Source of the DNA: Oscillospiraceae bacterium
Lineage (GTDB): Bacteria > Bacillota > Clostridia > Oscillospirales > Oscillospiraceae
Direction of reading: 5' to 3'
Assembly (NCBI GenBank): GCA_963639765.1
Contig: CAVHXA010000011.1
Location: 1-57,754, forward strand
DNA: 57,754 nucleotides
Shown: positions 28,824 to 37,338 of the stretch, piece after piece
Numbering within the stretch: position 1 is the stretch's first letter
How the letters are laid out: the number at the start of each line of letters is the position of its first letter
Notes under the pieces: generated by a model
What the model saw: the letters and a program-made list of their open reading frames with translations, nothing else
What the model was told of the DNA's origin: nothing
Database searches by the model: none
Translations under genes and position numbers: made by a program

Positions 28824-29489
28824 ATGGAACTGACCGGAAAAAATCTGATCGCTTATCGTACTGCCCGCCTTTTCAAAGACGGCGACGTTGTTAATCTGGG
28901 CATTGGCATGCCTACAATGTGCCTGGACTATCTGCCCGAAGGTGTTGATGTCTGGGTTGACTCCGAAAACGGCGTAGTTGGCCTGACCGGCGCTCCCAAA
29001 GAGGGCGAATATGCCGATCCCAACGTAGTTGATGCCGGCGGCAAGGTTTCAAAGCTTCGCGTTGGTGGCTCCTGCTTCGATTCCTTCCGTTCCTTCGGTT
29101 TTATCCGCGGCGGCCATGTGGACGCTACCGTTCTGGGTGCCTATGAGGTTGATGCAGAAGGCAATCTGGCCAACTGGATGATCCCGGGCAAGACTGCTGC
29201 CGGTATGGGCGGCGCCATGGACCTTGTCACCGGTTCAAAGACTACTATCGTAATGACAACCCATTGCGATAAGGCCGGCAACCCCAAGATTGTCCAAAAG
29301 ACATCCATGCCGTTGACAGGCTATCACTGCATCGACTACATCGTATCCGAGCTGGCTCTGATCCACATTACCCCCGAGGGGCCTGTCCTCCTCGAAACTG
29401 CTCCCGGTGTGAGCGTAGAAGATGTTGTTGCAAAAACCGGCGCCAAGCTGATTATCCCAGAAAAAGTTGGCTGCATGATCAAGGAATAA
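28824..29489 (+). CDS. CoA-transferase family I subunit B (AtoA/ScoB-like, catalytic Glu in SENG motif)
   Basis: DGDVVNLGIGMPT, VDSENGVVGL, HCDKAGNPKIV. AAGGAGG RBS. Confidence 0.85.
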   Translation: MELTGKNLIAYRTARLFKDGDVVNLGIGMPTMCLDYLPEGVDVWVDSENGVVGLTGAPKEGEYADPNVVDAGGKVSKLRVGGSCFDSFRSFGFIRGGHVDATVLGAYEVDAEGNLANWMIPGKTAAGMGGAMDLVTGSKTTIVMTTHCDKAGNPKIVQKTSMPLTGYHCIDYIVSELALIHITPEGPVLLETAPGVSVEDVVAKTGAKLIIPEKVGCMIKE

Positions 29490-29506
29490 GGCTGTTTCAA
29501 ATACAG

Positions 29507-29534
29507 GGTCCTCCCATACGGGAGGACCTTTTTT
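29507..29534 (+). terminator. intrinsic terminator after the CoA-transferase genes
   Basis: GGTCCTCCC (29507-29515), loop ATAC, GGGAGGACC (29520-29528), then TTTTTT (29529-29534). Confidence 0.8.
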
Positions 29535-29640
29535 ATTACTTATCGGCCAATGCAAAATCCATTTGTCGAAAACTGCAGTGCCGGCTTTACAGTTTTGCCG
29601 GATTCTTTGCACTTTCAACAAGAGATATTGACACAGAGGG

Positions 29641-29679
29641 ATGCATTTTGTGACAATGAAACAAATCACAGAAATGCAT
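29641..29679. repeat. imperfect 13/14-bp inverted repeat ATGCATTTTGTGA ... TCACAGAAATGCAT in the araC/CoA-transferase convergent spacer
   Basis: Arms at 29641-29653 and 29666-29679, 12-nt spacer. No flanking T-run. Confidence 0.35.
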
Positions 29680-29712
29680 TAGATGCTGCTCGTACAAATA
29701 CAGGATTCTGAC

Positions 29713-30999
29713 TTATTTTCCGCGTAGCTTCCCCGGAGCGGCACCTTCATATTTTGCGAAGGCCCGATACATGGTAGTCAGGCTGGAATATCCCGTCATG
29801 CGGGCAATATCCTGCACGGCCAGATCTGGGTTTGCAAGCAGCTGTTTGGCAGCGGCAATACGGGTTTGATGAATCAGATCGCGGACGCCTATACCAAAGG
29901 CTCTGCGAAACTGCGTAGCAATTTCCCGCGGCTCCATGGAAAATTCCTTGGCTACCAGTGTCAGGCAGGCCTCCGGCTGCAGGGCGATAGATCGAACATA
30001 GTCTGCCATTTTAGAAAGCAGCAATGCGCGGGATTCCGCTTTTTGGCGGGCCATCTGCTCAAGCAGCACGTCGGCAGCCTCCTCGGCCTTATCTACAAGA
30101 TCCCTGCGATATTCTGCACCCATAAAGCTCCGGCTCAGGTCTACAGTTCGCAGATACTTCAGCGGAATTACATCTTCGTCGGCAAGGTGATACTGGAGCG
30201 ATTCCCAGAAACGAAGAATACTGTTTCGCAGAGTATTCGGATAGGGCAAGCCCTGACAATTGTCGGCCAGTGCAGCCAGGGCCTCACGAAAACGTTCCAC
30301 TGTAGCACTGCGGTCCATGGCGGAAAGGGCACCGCAGATTCGCTCGGCGCGCTCATCCATCTGCTGCTCAAACTGTACTCGCTGGGTTGAGTCGTTCAGC
30401 CGCTGCATGTCTGTGTCACCGGTTGAATAGATCGGCAGACGGCCACCCTTGTGACCATAATAAAAGCGCAGGCTGTCTTCGAGCTTTGAAAACAAACGGC
30501 TGGCCTCCTGCATTTCTTCGATATCCCGATAGTAGGCACTTTCGATACCTCTGCAGCGAAACGGAATCCACGACTGTACCTGCCGACAGGCAGCTTCAAG
30601 TTCATGGTCCTGCGAATCGCAAAACCACAGAAGAAACAGATAACCGAACATCAATATTCCATATCCGCCGTTATTGCTGTTCTCCAGGGCCTGGGCCACA
30701 GCCTGACGCAGCGCCAGATGCAGACGCATACGTCCGTGATGCCGGGTTTCGATCGGCATGTTTTCCAGTGCCGGCTCCGTGATGGTGAACTTTACCAGCC
30801 GATACCCCTGCTGAGGAAAGCATACGCCTCGCTGCTTCAGTTCAAGCAGAATCTCGCCCGTATGTGCTCTGGAGTTAAAAAACAGTGCACCAAACAGACC
30901 TTCTGTCCCGTCCTGACTGGAGGGAGAGGAAAAGGAACCAAGAGAAACGACTGGGTCGAAGGAATCGTTGGACTGGAGCATTGTCTGCAGGTTCTGCAT
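29713..30999 (-). CDS. AraC/XylS-family transcriptional regulator with a ~320-aa non-receiver N-terminal sensor domain
   Basis: C-terminal double HTH (...IATQFRRAFGIGVRDLIHQTRIAAAKQLLANPDLAVQDIARMTGYSSLTTMYRAFAKYEG...). Divergent from the 31134 cluster. RBS GAGAGGTGG. Confidence 0.85.
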   Translation of the reverse strand: MQNLQTMLQSNDSFDPVVSLGSFSSPSSQDGTEGLFGALFFNSRAHTGEILLELKQRGVCFPQQGYRLVKFTITEPALENMPIETRHHGRMRLHLALRQAVAQALENSNNGGYGILMFGYLFLLWFCDSQDHELEAACRQVQSWIPFRCRGIESAYYRDIEEMQEASRLFSKLEDSLRFYYGHKGGRLPIYSTGDTDMQRLNDSTQRVQFEQQMDERAERICGALSAMDRSATVERFREALAALADNCQGLPYPNTLRNSILRFWESLQYHLADEDVIPLKYLRTVDLSRSFMGAEYRRDLVDKAEEAADVLLEQMARQKAESRALLLSKMADYVRSIALQPEACLTLVAKEFSMEPREIATQFRRAFGIGVRDLIHQTRIAAAKQLLANPDLAVQDIARMTGYSSLTTMYRAFAKYEGAAPGKLRGK

Positions 31000-31133
31000 G
31001 GGATGACACCACCTCTCACAGCATGAAATAAACTATACTCAACATCATAACATGACCGCGTTAAAAAGAAAAGCTGCAACACTGGATTTTATCCGGATGC
31101 AATATAAAAGAATTACTATAGGAGGAATTCCAT

Positions 31134-31991
31134 ATGCCTGAGATCAAGCGTTATAACTTTGACGATGTTGCCCGGGCTCTGGGTGCGAACGTCCAGCCCC
31201 GGGGCGGCGGTGCACCCGCCGGCGGACAGGGTGGTCCCGGAGGACCCGGCGGTGCTCCCGGCGGCCCCGGTGGTCCCGGCGGCCCCGGTGGTCCCGGCGG
31301 TCCCGGCGGTCCCGGCGGACCCGGCGGCCCCGGAGGACCCGGCGGCGGACAGGGTGGCCCCGGTGGCCCGGGAGGCCCTGGCGGCAAGGGCGGTATGCCT
31401 GCCGGACTGACAGCCAAGTTTGACCCGAAGGGCGTACGAAACACCGACGTTCGCATGGCTGAAACGTGGCCGGTCGAGCGTGCGCTGAAGCTGTATGACT
31501 ACTTCAAGGAAGAAGCCGAAAAGGGAACGATACTCGAGTTTGAGGGACATGCTTCCTGCTGGGCAACTATGGCTTTGTGCGCCAGACTTCCCAAAAACCA
31601 GGTCAAGCTCTACATGCCCCCGTTCCGCAAAAGCCTGGATCTGGCTCCTTTCCAGATCAGCGAGAAACTGACCGACGGTCAGATGTGTGACTACAGAATC
31701 CGCGAAGAGGGCGACGACATCTATCTTGAAGTTGTTCTGAGCGGAGACGGGAACCCTGACCCCTTTGCGGTGGCCTTTGCCGATACCACGGCTCCTGCTT
31801 TGCCCGCTGGGAAAAATATATATGTAAATCTATACGGGAACCACTATCTGCCCTGCTTCTGCCTGCCCTGGACCTATCCGGACTGCAAGACCATGTATAT
31901 GTGCACTCCCGTAGAAACCCATTGTGTCCTGTCCAATGACCCCAACGTAAAGGTGGGAGACGAGGGCAAGAACCCGTTTAAGGAGGACTGA
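31134..31991 (+). CDS. hypothetical protein with N-terminal (Gly-Gly-Pro)n low-complexity tract and Cys-rich C-terminus
   Basis: AGGAGG RBS. aa 24-87 are GG(P/Q/A/K) triplets. The ~200-aa C-terminal part ends LPCFCLPWTYPDCKTMYMCTPVETHC and has no recognisable family. Confidence 0.7.
   Translation: MPEIKRYNFDDVARALGANVQPRGGGAPAGGQGGPGGPGGAPGGPGGPGGPGGPGGPGGPGGPGGPGGPGGGQGGPGGPGGPGGKGGMPAGLTAKFDPKGVRNTDVRMAETWPVERALKLYDYFKEEAEKGTILEFEGHASCWATMALCARLPKNQVKLYMPPFRKSLDLAPFQISEKLTDGQMCDYRIREEGDDIYLEVVLSGDGNPDPFAVAFADTTAPALPAGKNIYVNLYGNHYLPCFCLPWTYPDCKTMYMCTPVETHCVLSNDPNVKVGDEGKNPFKED
31203..31394 (+). repeat. degenerate 9-nt tandem DNA repeat (ggYcccggY) encoding (GGP)n
   Basis: Read directly: ggtcccggaggacccggcggtgctcccggcggccccggtggtcccggc... 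The antisense shadow ORF reads PPGPPGPP. Confidence 0.85.
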
Positions 31992-31993
31992 GC

Positions 31994-32719
31994 GTGAAAT
32001 ACTCTTACACCCCCCAGCAATTGATTGATCGCTGCCTGATGATCCGGGAAGCCCAGAATGTGGTAGGCAGCGCACTGCACTACGATATGCTGGCGAAATT
32101 CGATGAAATTTTCGACAAATTCTGGGCAAAGAATGAGCCTGTCTGCTTTGGTCAGAACGATGGCTATTTCCAGGGCGCTGAGGCTGTGAAGGCCTATTAC
32201 GCCAAGAAGACGGAAAATGCCAGAATCGTGACCAGATTCCTTATGGAAAAGTGGCCGGACAAATTCAAGGACATGACTGAGGCCGAGGCCTACGGTGCCG
32301 GCTATGTAAAGGGCAACGACTTCCATACCCCTATCATTGAGGTAGCAGAGGATATGAAGTCCGTCAAGTGCCTGTTCCAGGTTCAGTCTGCCAATACCAA
32401 CATCACCCCCAAGGGCCCGCTGAGCTATTGGAATCTCAGCTATCTGGGCGTGGATCTGGTTTTGGAAAATGACGAGCTGAAGATCAAGAATATGCTGTGG
32501 GTCAACGACATCGACCATCCGGTGGCTGAGCCATGGACCGAACCTACAAAGTTCGAGGATCTTCCTGAGTTTGCAGCCCTGACAAAGATCGAACAGCCAA
32601 AGCCCAATGTTCCCCAGGAGCTTTTGGCGGCTTACTATCCCGGCCGTCCCTTCCCCAAGTATCCTGCCATGCCCGAGCCCTATACCACCCTGGCTGAGAC
32701 ATTCAGCTATGGCCTTTGA
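31994..32719 (+). CDS. NTF2/SnoaL-like fold protein, paralog 1 of 3 (GTG start)
   Basis: AGGAGG RBS 7 nt before GTG 31994. Shares with the next two genes a ~130-aa core (FWxK ... (V/I)(K/R)AYY ... GW/LKI(K/W)...). C-terminal Pro-rich tail. Confidence 0.65.
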   Translation: MKYSYTPQQLIDRCLMIREAQNVVGSALHYDMLAKFDEIFDKFWAKNEPVCFGQNDGYFQGAEAVKAYYAKKTENARIVTRFLMEKWPDKFKDMTEAEAYGAGYVKGNDFHTPIIEVAEDMKSVKCLFQVQSANTNITPKGPLSYWNLSYLGVDLVLENDELKIKNMLWVNDIDHPVAEPWTEPTKFEDLPEFAALTKIEQPKPNVPQELLAAYYPGRPFPKYPAMPEPYTTLAETFSYGL

Positions 32720-32736
32720 GAAAGGAGTTGACCTTG

Positions 32737-33462
32737 ATGTACAGCAAAGCAACGGATTTCTCCAAGTCTATTCAGGCCGAGCGGGCCTATGACTACGAGG
32801 AGATCAAAAAGATCATGGCCAAGCGTGCCTATCTCATGAGCACCAACCGTCGGGCAGAGGAGCTGGACACCCTCTGGACGAAAGAGCACAAGGACACCGC
32901 ATCCTATGGACGGAACTGGGGCTACTATGTTGGGCTGGACCAGATCCGGGCCTACTATGTGGATAAAAACTCCTTCGGCGGCGACGGAACAGCTATCTGC
33001 CACCCCTTCACCACCCACAAGATCAATATTGCAGACGATGGGAAGACCGCACAGGTAACCTGGTACTCCATCGGCTATGAGATCGTTAAAACCGACGACG
33101 GCTTTACCGGCTATTGGGACAACCAGCGCTGCGGCTGTGACCTTATCTTGGAGGCTGATGGCTGGAAGATCTGGCACTATTTCGCCGGCACCGACTTCTG
33201 TGTGGAGCCCGGCTACAAATATGCCGACCTGGATGTCTTTACCTACACACCTGTAGAGGCCATTCCCAAAGCAGAGTTCGGCACTCCCACGGTAGCTATG
33301 AACGCCTACAACTGCGACTATAACTATTATATGTATCCAACCATCACCCGTGAGCATGCCACCTTTAAGGATACCGTGAGCAACGGTCCTGAGGGCAACC
33401 CCAAGTTCACAGGCTTCTGGAAGCCCCACACTGGCAACTGGGAACCCCATACCGAAGGCTGA
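32737..33462 (+). CDS. NTF2/SnoaL-like fold protein, paralog 2 of 3
   Basis: AAAGGAG RBS. LDQIRAYYVDKNS ... ADGWKIWHYF. Tyr/Asn-rich C-terminal tail. Confidence 0.65.
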   Translation: MYSKATDFSKSIQAERAYDYEEIKKIMAKRAYLMSTNRRAEELDTLWTKEHKDTASYGRNWGYYVGLDQIRAYYVDKNSFGGDGTAICHPFTTHKINIADDGKTAQVTWYSIGYEIVKTDDGFTGYWDNQRCGCDLILEADGWKIWHYFAGTDFCVEPGYKYADLDVFTYTPVEAIPKAEFGTPTVAMNAYNCDYNYYMYPTITREHATFKDTVSNGPEGNPKFTGFWKPHTGNWEPHTEG

Positions 33463-33475
33463 GGAGGCGAAGAGA

Positions 33476-34414
33476 ATGAATAAGAACCTGGATTTTGACA
33501 CCAAGCTTGCCATTGTACAAGCTGGACAGGCAGTTGAGAACGTCCACAGCTGGCATGCCATCCTGCATGCCGGCGGCCATACCACAGAGGAAGTAGAGAC
33601 CTTCTGGAGCAAGTATCGGGATGATCTGTACTGGGGCTACAACATGGCAGGCAAGTACGGCCGCGACGAGGTTGTCGAGGGCTGGTGTAACGGCCTGGAG
33701 GGCGGCGCCTATGGTATGTACGCCCGGATGAACGAGCTGTATCCCGAAACAATCGGTATGGATCCGCTGCCTTTGAGCGAATACTCTCTGCACGCTGTGG
33801 GCCTGCCCGTGGTAGAGATCGGTCGTGATCTGAAGACAGCTCGTGCTGTGTTCTACTCCACTGGCATGCTCTGCCGGAACATTGCCACCAACGGCAAGAA
33901 GATGGCTGTTTGGATGCTCGAACGCTATGGCGAGGATTACGTTTTGGAAGACGGCTACTGGAAGATCCTTCATGAATGCGTGCTCAACGACTCCGGCGGC
34001 GCCCAGGATGTGACGAACTTTGGCTGGGATGCCTATCAGAAAATGCTGAATCCCGGTATGGGCCGCGGCCCCGGTGGCGGTCAGGGCGGACCCGGCGGCA
34101 AGGGCGGACCAGGCGGCCCAGGCGGTCAGGGTGGACCCGGTGGTCCCGGCGGCCAGGGTGGACCCGGTGGTCCCGGTGGCCAGGGAGGTCCCGGCGCTGC
34201 TCCCAACGGCAAGCAGTTTGACAAGAAAGCCTATTCCAAGATGGGTGCCGGAAGCGGCGCCGGAATGGGCAGCATGCCCGGTGCCCACATTACCTACACA
34301 CCTACCCAGACCCCCCAGGACTCTACGCCTCTTCCCGAGCCCTTCGAGACCCTGGACTTTGTAAAGACCCACTATGTTGTTGGTCTGGGAGAAAACAAGG
34401 GCGCAAAGCGCTGA
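33476..34414 (+). CDS. NTF2/SnoaL-like fold protein, paralog 3 of 3, with C-terminal (Gly-Gly-Pro/Gln)n tract and tail
   Basis: EDGYWKILHECV core. aa 196-240 are GG(P/Q/K) triplets, then a ~70-aa tail. Confidence 0.7.
   Translation: MNKNLDFDTKLAIVQAGQAVENVHSWHAILHAGGHTTEEVETFWSKYRDDLYWGYNMAGKYGRDEVVEGWCNGLEGGAYGMYARMNELYPETIGMDPLPLSEYSLHAVGLPVVEIGRDLKTARAVFYSTGMLCRNIATNGKKMAVWMLERYGEDYVLEDGYWKILHECVLNDSGGAQDVTNFGWDAYQKMLNPGMGRGPGGGQGGPGGKGGPGGPGGQGGPGGPGGQGGPGGPGGQGGPGAAPNGKQFDKKAYSKMGAGSGAGMGSMPGAHITYTPTQTPQDSTPLPEPFETLDFVKTHYVVGLGENKGAKR
34061..34195 (+). repeat. second degenerate 9-nt tandem repeat encoding (GGP/GGQ)n, direct repeat of the 31203-31394 tract
   Basis: ggacccggtggtcccggcggccagggtggacccggtggtcccggtggccaggga... 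Confidence 0.85.
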
Positions 34415-34634
34415 CGCTTCCTTTCTTTTTTGGCGGGCTGTCGTGTCAGCGGCGGCAGCCTGCCGAGATCTTTCCTACAACAGATTTGCTGCTGTATGTC
34501 AGACCGGTATGTGCACTGAACAACACAAGATTTCCGGATGTTTGCATATATGGAGACATTCTGCCTGTCAGACAGACAATCAAACGGAGTGTTATCATTT
34601 CATCGCTTGAAACCCGAAAAGAAGGAGGTTCCAA

Positions 34635-36383
34635 ATGAAAAAGTATCTGGCTCTTTTACTTGCTCTGGCCATGCTGTTTTCCGTGATGGCAGGCTGCGCA
34701 AAAACCGAAACCACAACCGAGCCTGCAGAAACGCAGGCATCATCCGAAACCGAGCCTGCAGCTGCTGCGGAAAGCAGTCAGACTGAAGAAGCCACCGAAC
34801 CTGCAGCAGCCGAGGAAGAAGCTGAGACTGTGCAGAGCGAAGAAGAAACGGCAGCAGAGACGGTTGTCGAAGAAGTAGAAGAGGTGATCGGCCCTGATTA
34901 TTACTATGTAACAGACGGCGATCCCATCGAAATTTCGCTGACCTTCAGCTATATGTACTGGTTTTCGACCATGTTTGATTCCTGGGGAAGCTCTCCGTGG
35001 TGGCAGCCTGTTGAAGAAGCCACAAACGTAAAGTTTGTCTTCAATGAGCTTATGAACACAACCTACAGCGAAAAAGTCAGTTTGATGATTGCCGGCGGGG
35101 ATACAACCGACACCATAACCGAACTTGCCTCTGTATATTCCGGCGGTCTCAAGGGTGCTATCGACGATGAGGTAATCTATGACGTGGCTCCCTATATTGA
35201 GGAATATGCTCCTCTGTATTATGAACGCCTGTATGCGGGCACAGAAGAAGCAGATAACATGCTTGACGGCATCACCAACGAAGACGGTACGATGGGCGCC
35301 ATGTATGCCATGCTCGAGGAGCCGCTCGGCATTACCGGCGGCAGCTGGATTCGCACCGACTGGCTCGAAGGTGTCGGCATGGAGATCCCAACCACTATCG
35401 ACGAGCTGTATGAGGTGCTCTGCGCCTTCCGCGACAAATACAACGCGGACGCGGCACTGTATCAGAATATCGGCGTTAACGATGTGGGCGTAAAGGTCCA
35501 GAACGTCTGGAACGCCTTTGGCGAGCTGGCCTACTTCGTGGAAGACGGCCAGGTGAAATACGGACTTGAGCAGCCTTATGCACAGGATTATTTCATCTAT
35601 CTGCGCAAGCTGGCCGATGCCGGCGTGTTTACCACCAGCGAATATACCGACCTGACCACAAAGGAGCTTATGAGCCAGAACCGTACCGGTATGTTTGGTG
35701 ACAATATCTCCACGATTGCAAACAATCTGGTTTTGATGGATGAGGGCGTTACCGTAAAAGCCATCGCTGCCTTCGGGGAGCCCACGGAATATGGCTCGTT
35801 CGATTCACTTATTCCCGGGCAGAGCGCTGCACTGAGCCTGTTTACAACCTGCGAATATCCGGAGCTGGTCCTCAAAATGTGCAACTGGCTGTATACCGAA
35901 GAGGGCAGCCTGCATGCCAATTATGGCCTGGAGGGGCTGAGCTTTGAATATGATGCAGACGGCAACCCAACCTTTACCGATCTTGTCATCAACAACCCGG
36001 ATGGCATTCCTGTTGATGCGGCTCTTGGGTATTGGACCGATCGCACCTTCCTTCCTGCCCTGCTCGATGGCTTCCGCACATACTACAACTACGAAGACTA
36101 TCAGCTTGAAGCCAGTGACATCTGGGCAACTGCCTATACAGGCAACTCCAAGACCATGCCCTCTGTTACCCTTACTACCGAAGAGAACGATTCTATCCGC
36201 AATGCCAGAAGTGATTTGAACACATATCTTAACGAGCAGGAAAACCTGCTGGTTTTCGGCAGCAAGGATCCCTCTGACGATGCTACCTGGCAGGCGTTTG
36301 TCGACGGAATGCAGTCTTATCTGCCTTTGCTGCTTGAGGTCAATCAGACGGCCTATGATCGCTATCTGAAGGCACACGAATAA
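34635..36383 (+). CDS. large extracellular solute-binding lipoprotein (family 1 SBP, ~580 aa), no adjacent permease genes
   Basis: MKKYLALLLALAMLFSVMAGCAKTE lipobox. A long Glu/Ala/Thr linker. The sugar-SBP-like domain is typical of the 'LipO'-type polysaccharide-utilisation SBPs. Confidence 0.8.
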   Translation: MKKYLALLLALAMLFSVMAGCAKTETTTEPAETQASSETEPAAAAESSQTEEATEPAAAEEEAETVQSEEETAAETVVEEVEEVIGPDYYYVTDGDPIEISLTFSYMYWFSTMFDSWGSSPWWQPVEEATNVKFVFNELMNTTYSEKVSLMIAGGDTTDTITELASVYSGGLKGAIDDEVIYDVAPYIEEYAPLYYERLYAGTEEADNMLDGITNEDGTMGAMYAMLEEPLGITGGSWIRTDWLEGVGMEIPTTIDELYEVLCAFRDKYNADAALYQNIGVNDVGVKVQNVWNAFGELAYFVEDGQVKYGLEQPYAQDYFIYLRKLADAGVFTTSEYTDLTTKELMSQNRTGMFGDNISTIANNLVLMDEGVTVKAIAAFGEPTEYGSFDSLIPGQSAALSLFTTCEYPELVLKMCNWLYTEEGSLHANYGLEGLSFEYDADGNPTFTDLVINNPDGIPVDAALGYWTDRTFLPALLDGFRTYYNYEDYQLEASDIWATAYTGNSKTMPSVTLTTEENDSIRNARSDLNTYLNEQENLLVFGSKDPSDDATWQAFVDGMQSYLPLLLEVNQTAYDRYLKAHE

Positions 36384-36415
36384 GCCATATTGCACAAATT
36401 TCTCGAAAATAGAAG

Positions 36416-36440
36416 CGCCCCTGCCGCAGCGGCAGGGGCG
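36416..36440. terminator. GC-rich hairpin between convergent SBP (+) and rpe (-) genes
   Basis: CGCCCCTGCC (36416-36425) / GGCAGGGGCG (36431-36440), loop GCAGC. Confidence 0.55.
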
Positions 36441-36472
36441 TCTGGCTTATTGGTGAAAAATCACTCAGGCGG

Positions 36473-37126
36473 TCAACCGCGCAGAGCTGCAATGTATTCA
36501 GACATATCCGGCGCGTGAAACAGCGCACTGCCTGAAACCAGTATATCGGCTCCGGCGTTGCGGCAGAGGACTGCCGTATCGAGGTTTATTCCACCGTCGA
36601 CTTCGAGCAGCGTGGCCGGGAAATGCAGTGAAATAATGTCATGAAGTGCACGAAGCTTGTCTATCTGGTCTGCCATAAAGCTCTGACCGCCGAAACCGGG
36701 CTCGACTGTCATGACCAGAATAAGGTCACACAGGGAAAGAAGCGGCTCGATTTCTGAAATGGGAGTGCCGGGCTTTAGCGAAAGACCTGCCTGGCCGCCA
36801 AGCTGACGGATCTGTGAAAGTGCTGCTGCCGTATTCTCAACGGTGTCGGATTCTATGTGTATGGTAAGGAAATGGGCGCCTGCCTGCATGAACTGGGAAA
36901 TATAGCGGATGGGACGATCAATCATCAGGTGCACGTCAAGAGGCAGCTGTGCTACGCGGTGGATAGCGGCTGTAACCGGGATGCCGATTGTGATGTTTGG
37001 TACAAAAAGGCCGTCCATTACGTCTATATGCAGGTAGTCTGCTCCGGCATTTTTGCATCGTTCAATGTCGTGCTGCAGGTTGACATAGTCTGCAGACAGA
37101 ATGGATGGTGCTATCCTGATATCCAT
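36473..37126 (-). CDS. rpe: ribulose-phosphate 3-epimerase
   Basis: MDIRIAPSILSADY...HIDVMDG...TVEPGFGGQ...LEVDGGIN: a full-length canonical Rpe. Confidence 0.95.
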   Translation of the reverse strand: MDIRIAPSILSADYVNLQHDIERCKNAGADYLHIDVMDGLFVPNITIGIPVTAAIHRVAQLPLDVHLMIDRPIRYISQFMQAGAHFLTIHIESDTVENTAAALSQIRQLGGQAGLSLKPGTPISEIEPLLSLCDLILVMTVEPGFGGQSFMADQIDKLRALHDIISLHFPATLLEVDGGINLDTAVLCRNAGADILVSGSALFHAPDMSEYIAALRG

Positions 37127-37338
37127 AAAAGATTCCTGCCCCTTTGTGTACTGAACTGTCGGGAGTATGTTGGCATGCTACATACGCGACACCCCTATTG
37201 TATGGCAGGTCATGGAAAAAGTCAACGTTCTGTGAACTGACTTGACGAAATCTATGGTCCGCGATACAATGAAGCTACTAGACCAATTGGGGCAGGTCGC
37301 ATCCGACCCTTACCCCGGACAAAGGAGGAAGGGCTGTA

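Noticed and set aside
31203-31394. (Gly-Gly-Pro)n read as a collagen-like triple-helix domain
   Set aside because: Gly occurs every third residue, but the X position is also Gly and there are no flanking trimerisation domains or signal peptides. A flexible, disordered linker is the more conservative reading; it is kept only as a possibility in the findings.
31151-31456. Pro-rich minus-strand ORF (PPGPPGPP...), and similar ones at 33976-34364 and 40542-41180
   Set aside because: These are reverse-complement shadows of the Gly-rich (GGP / GGGSF) coding tracts. No start context. The sense-strand genes have good RBSs.
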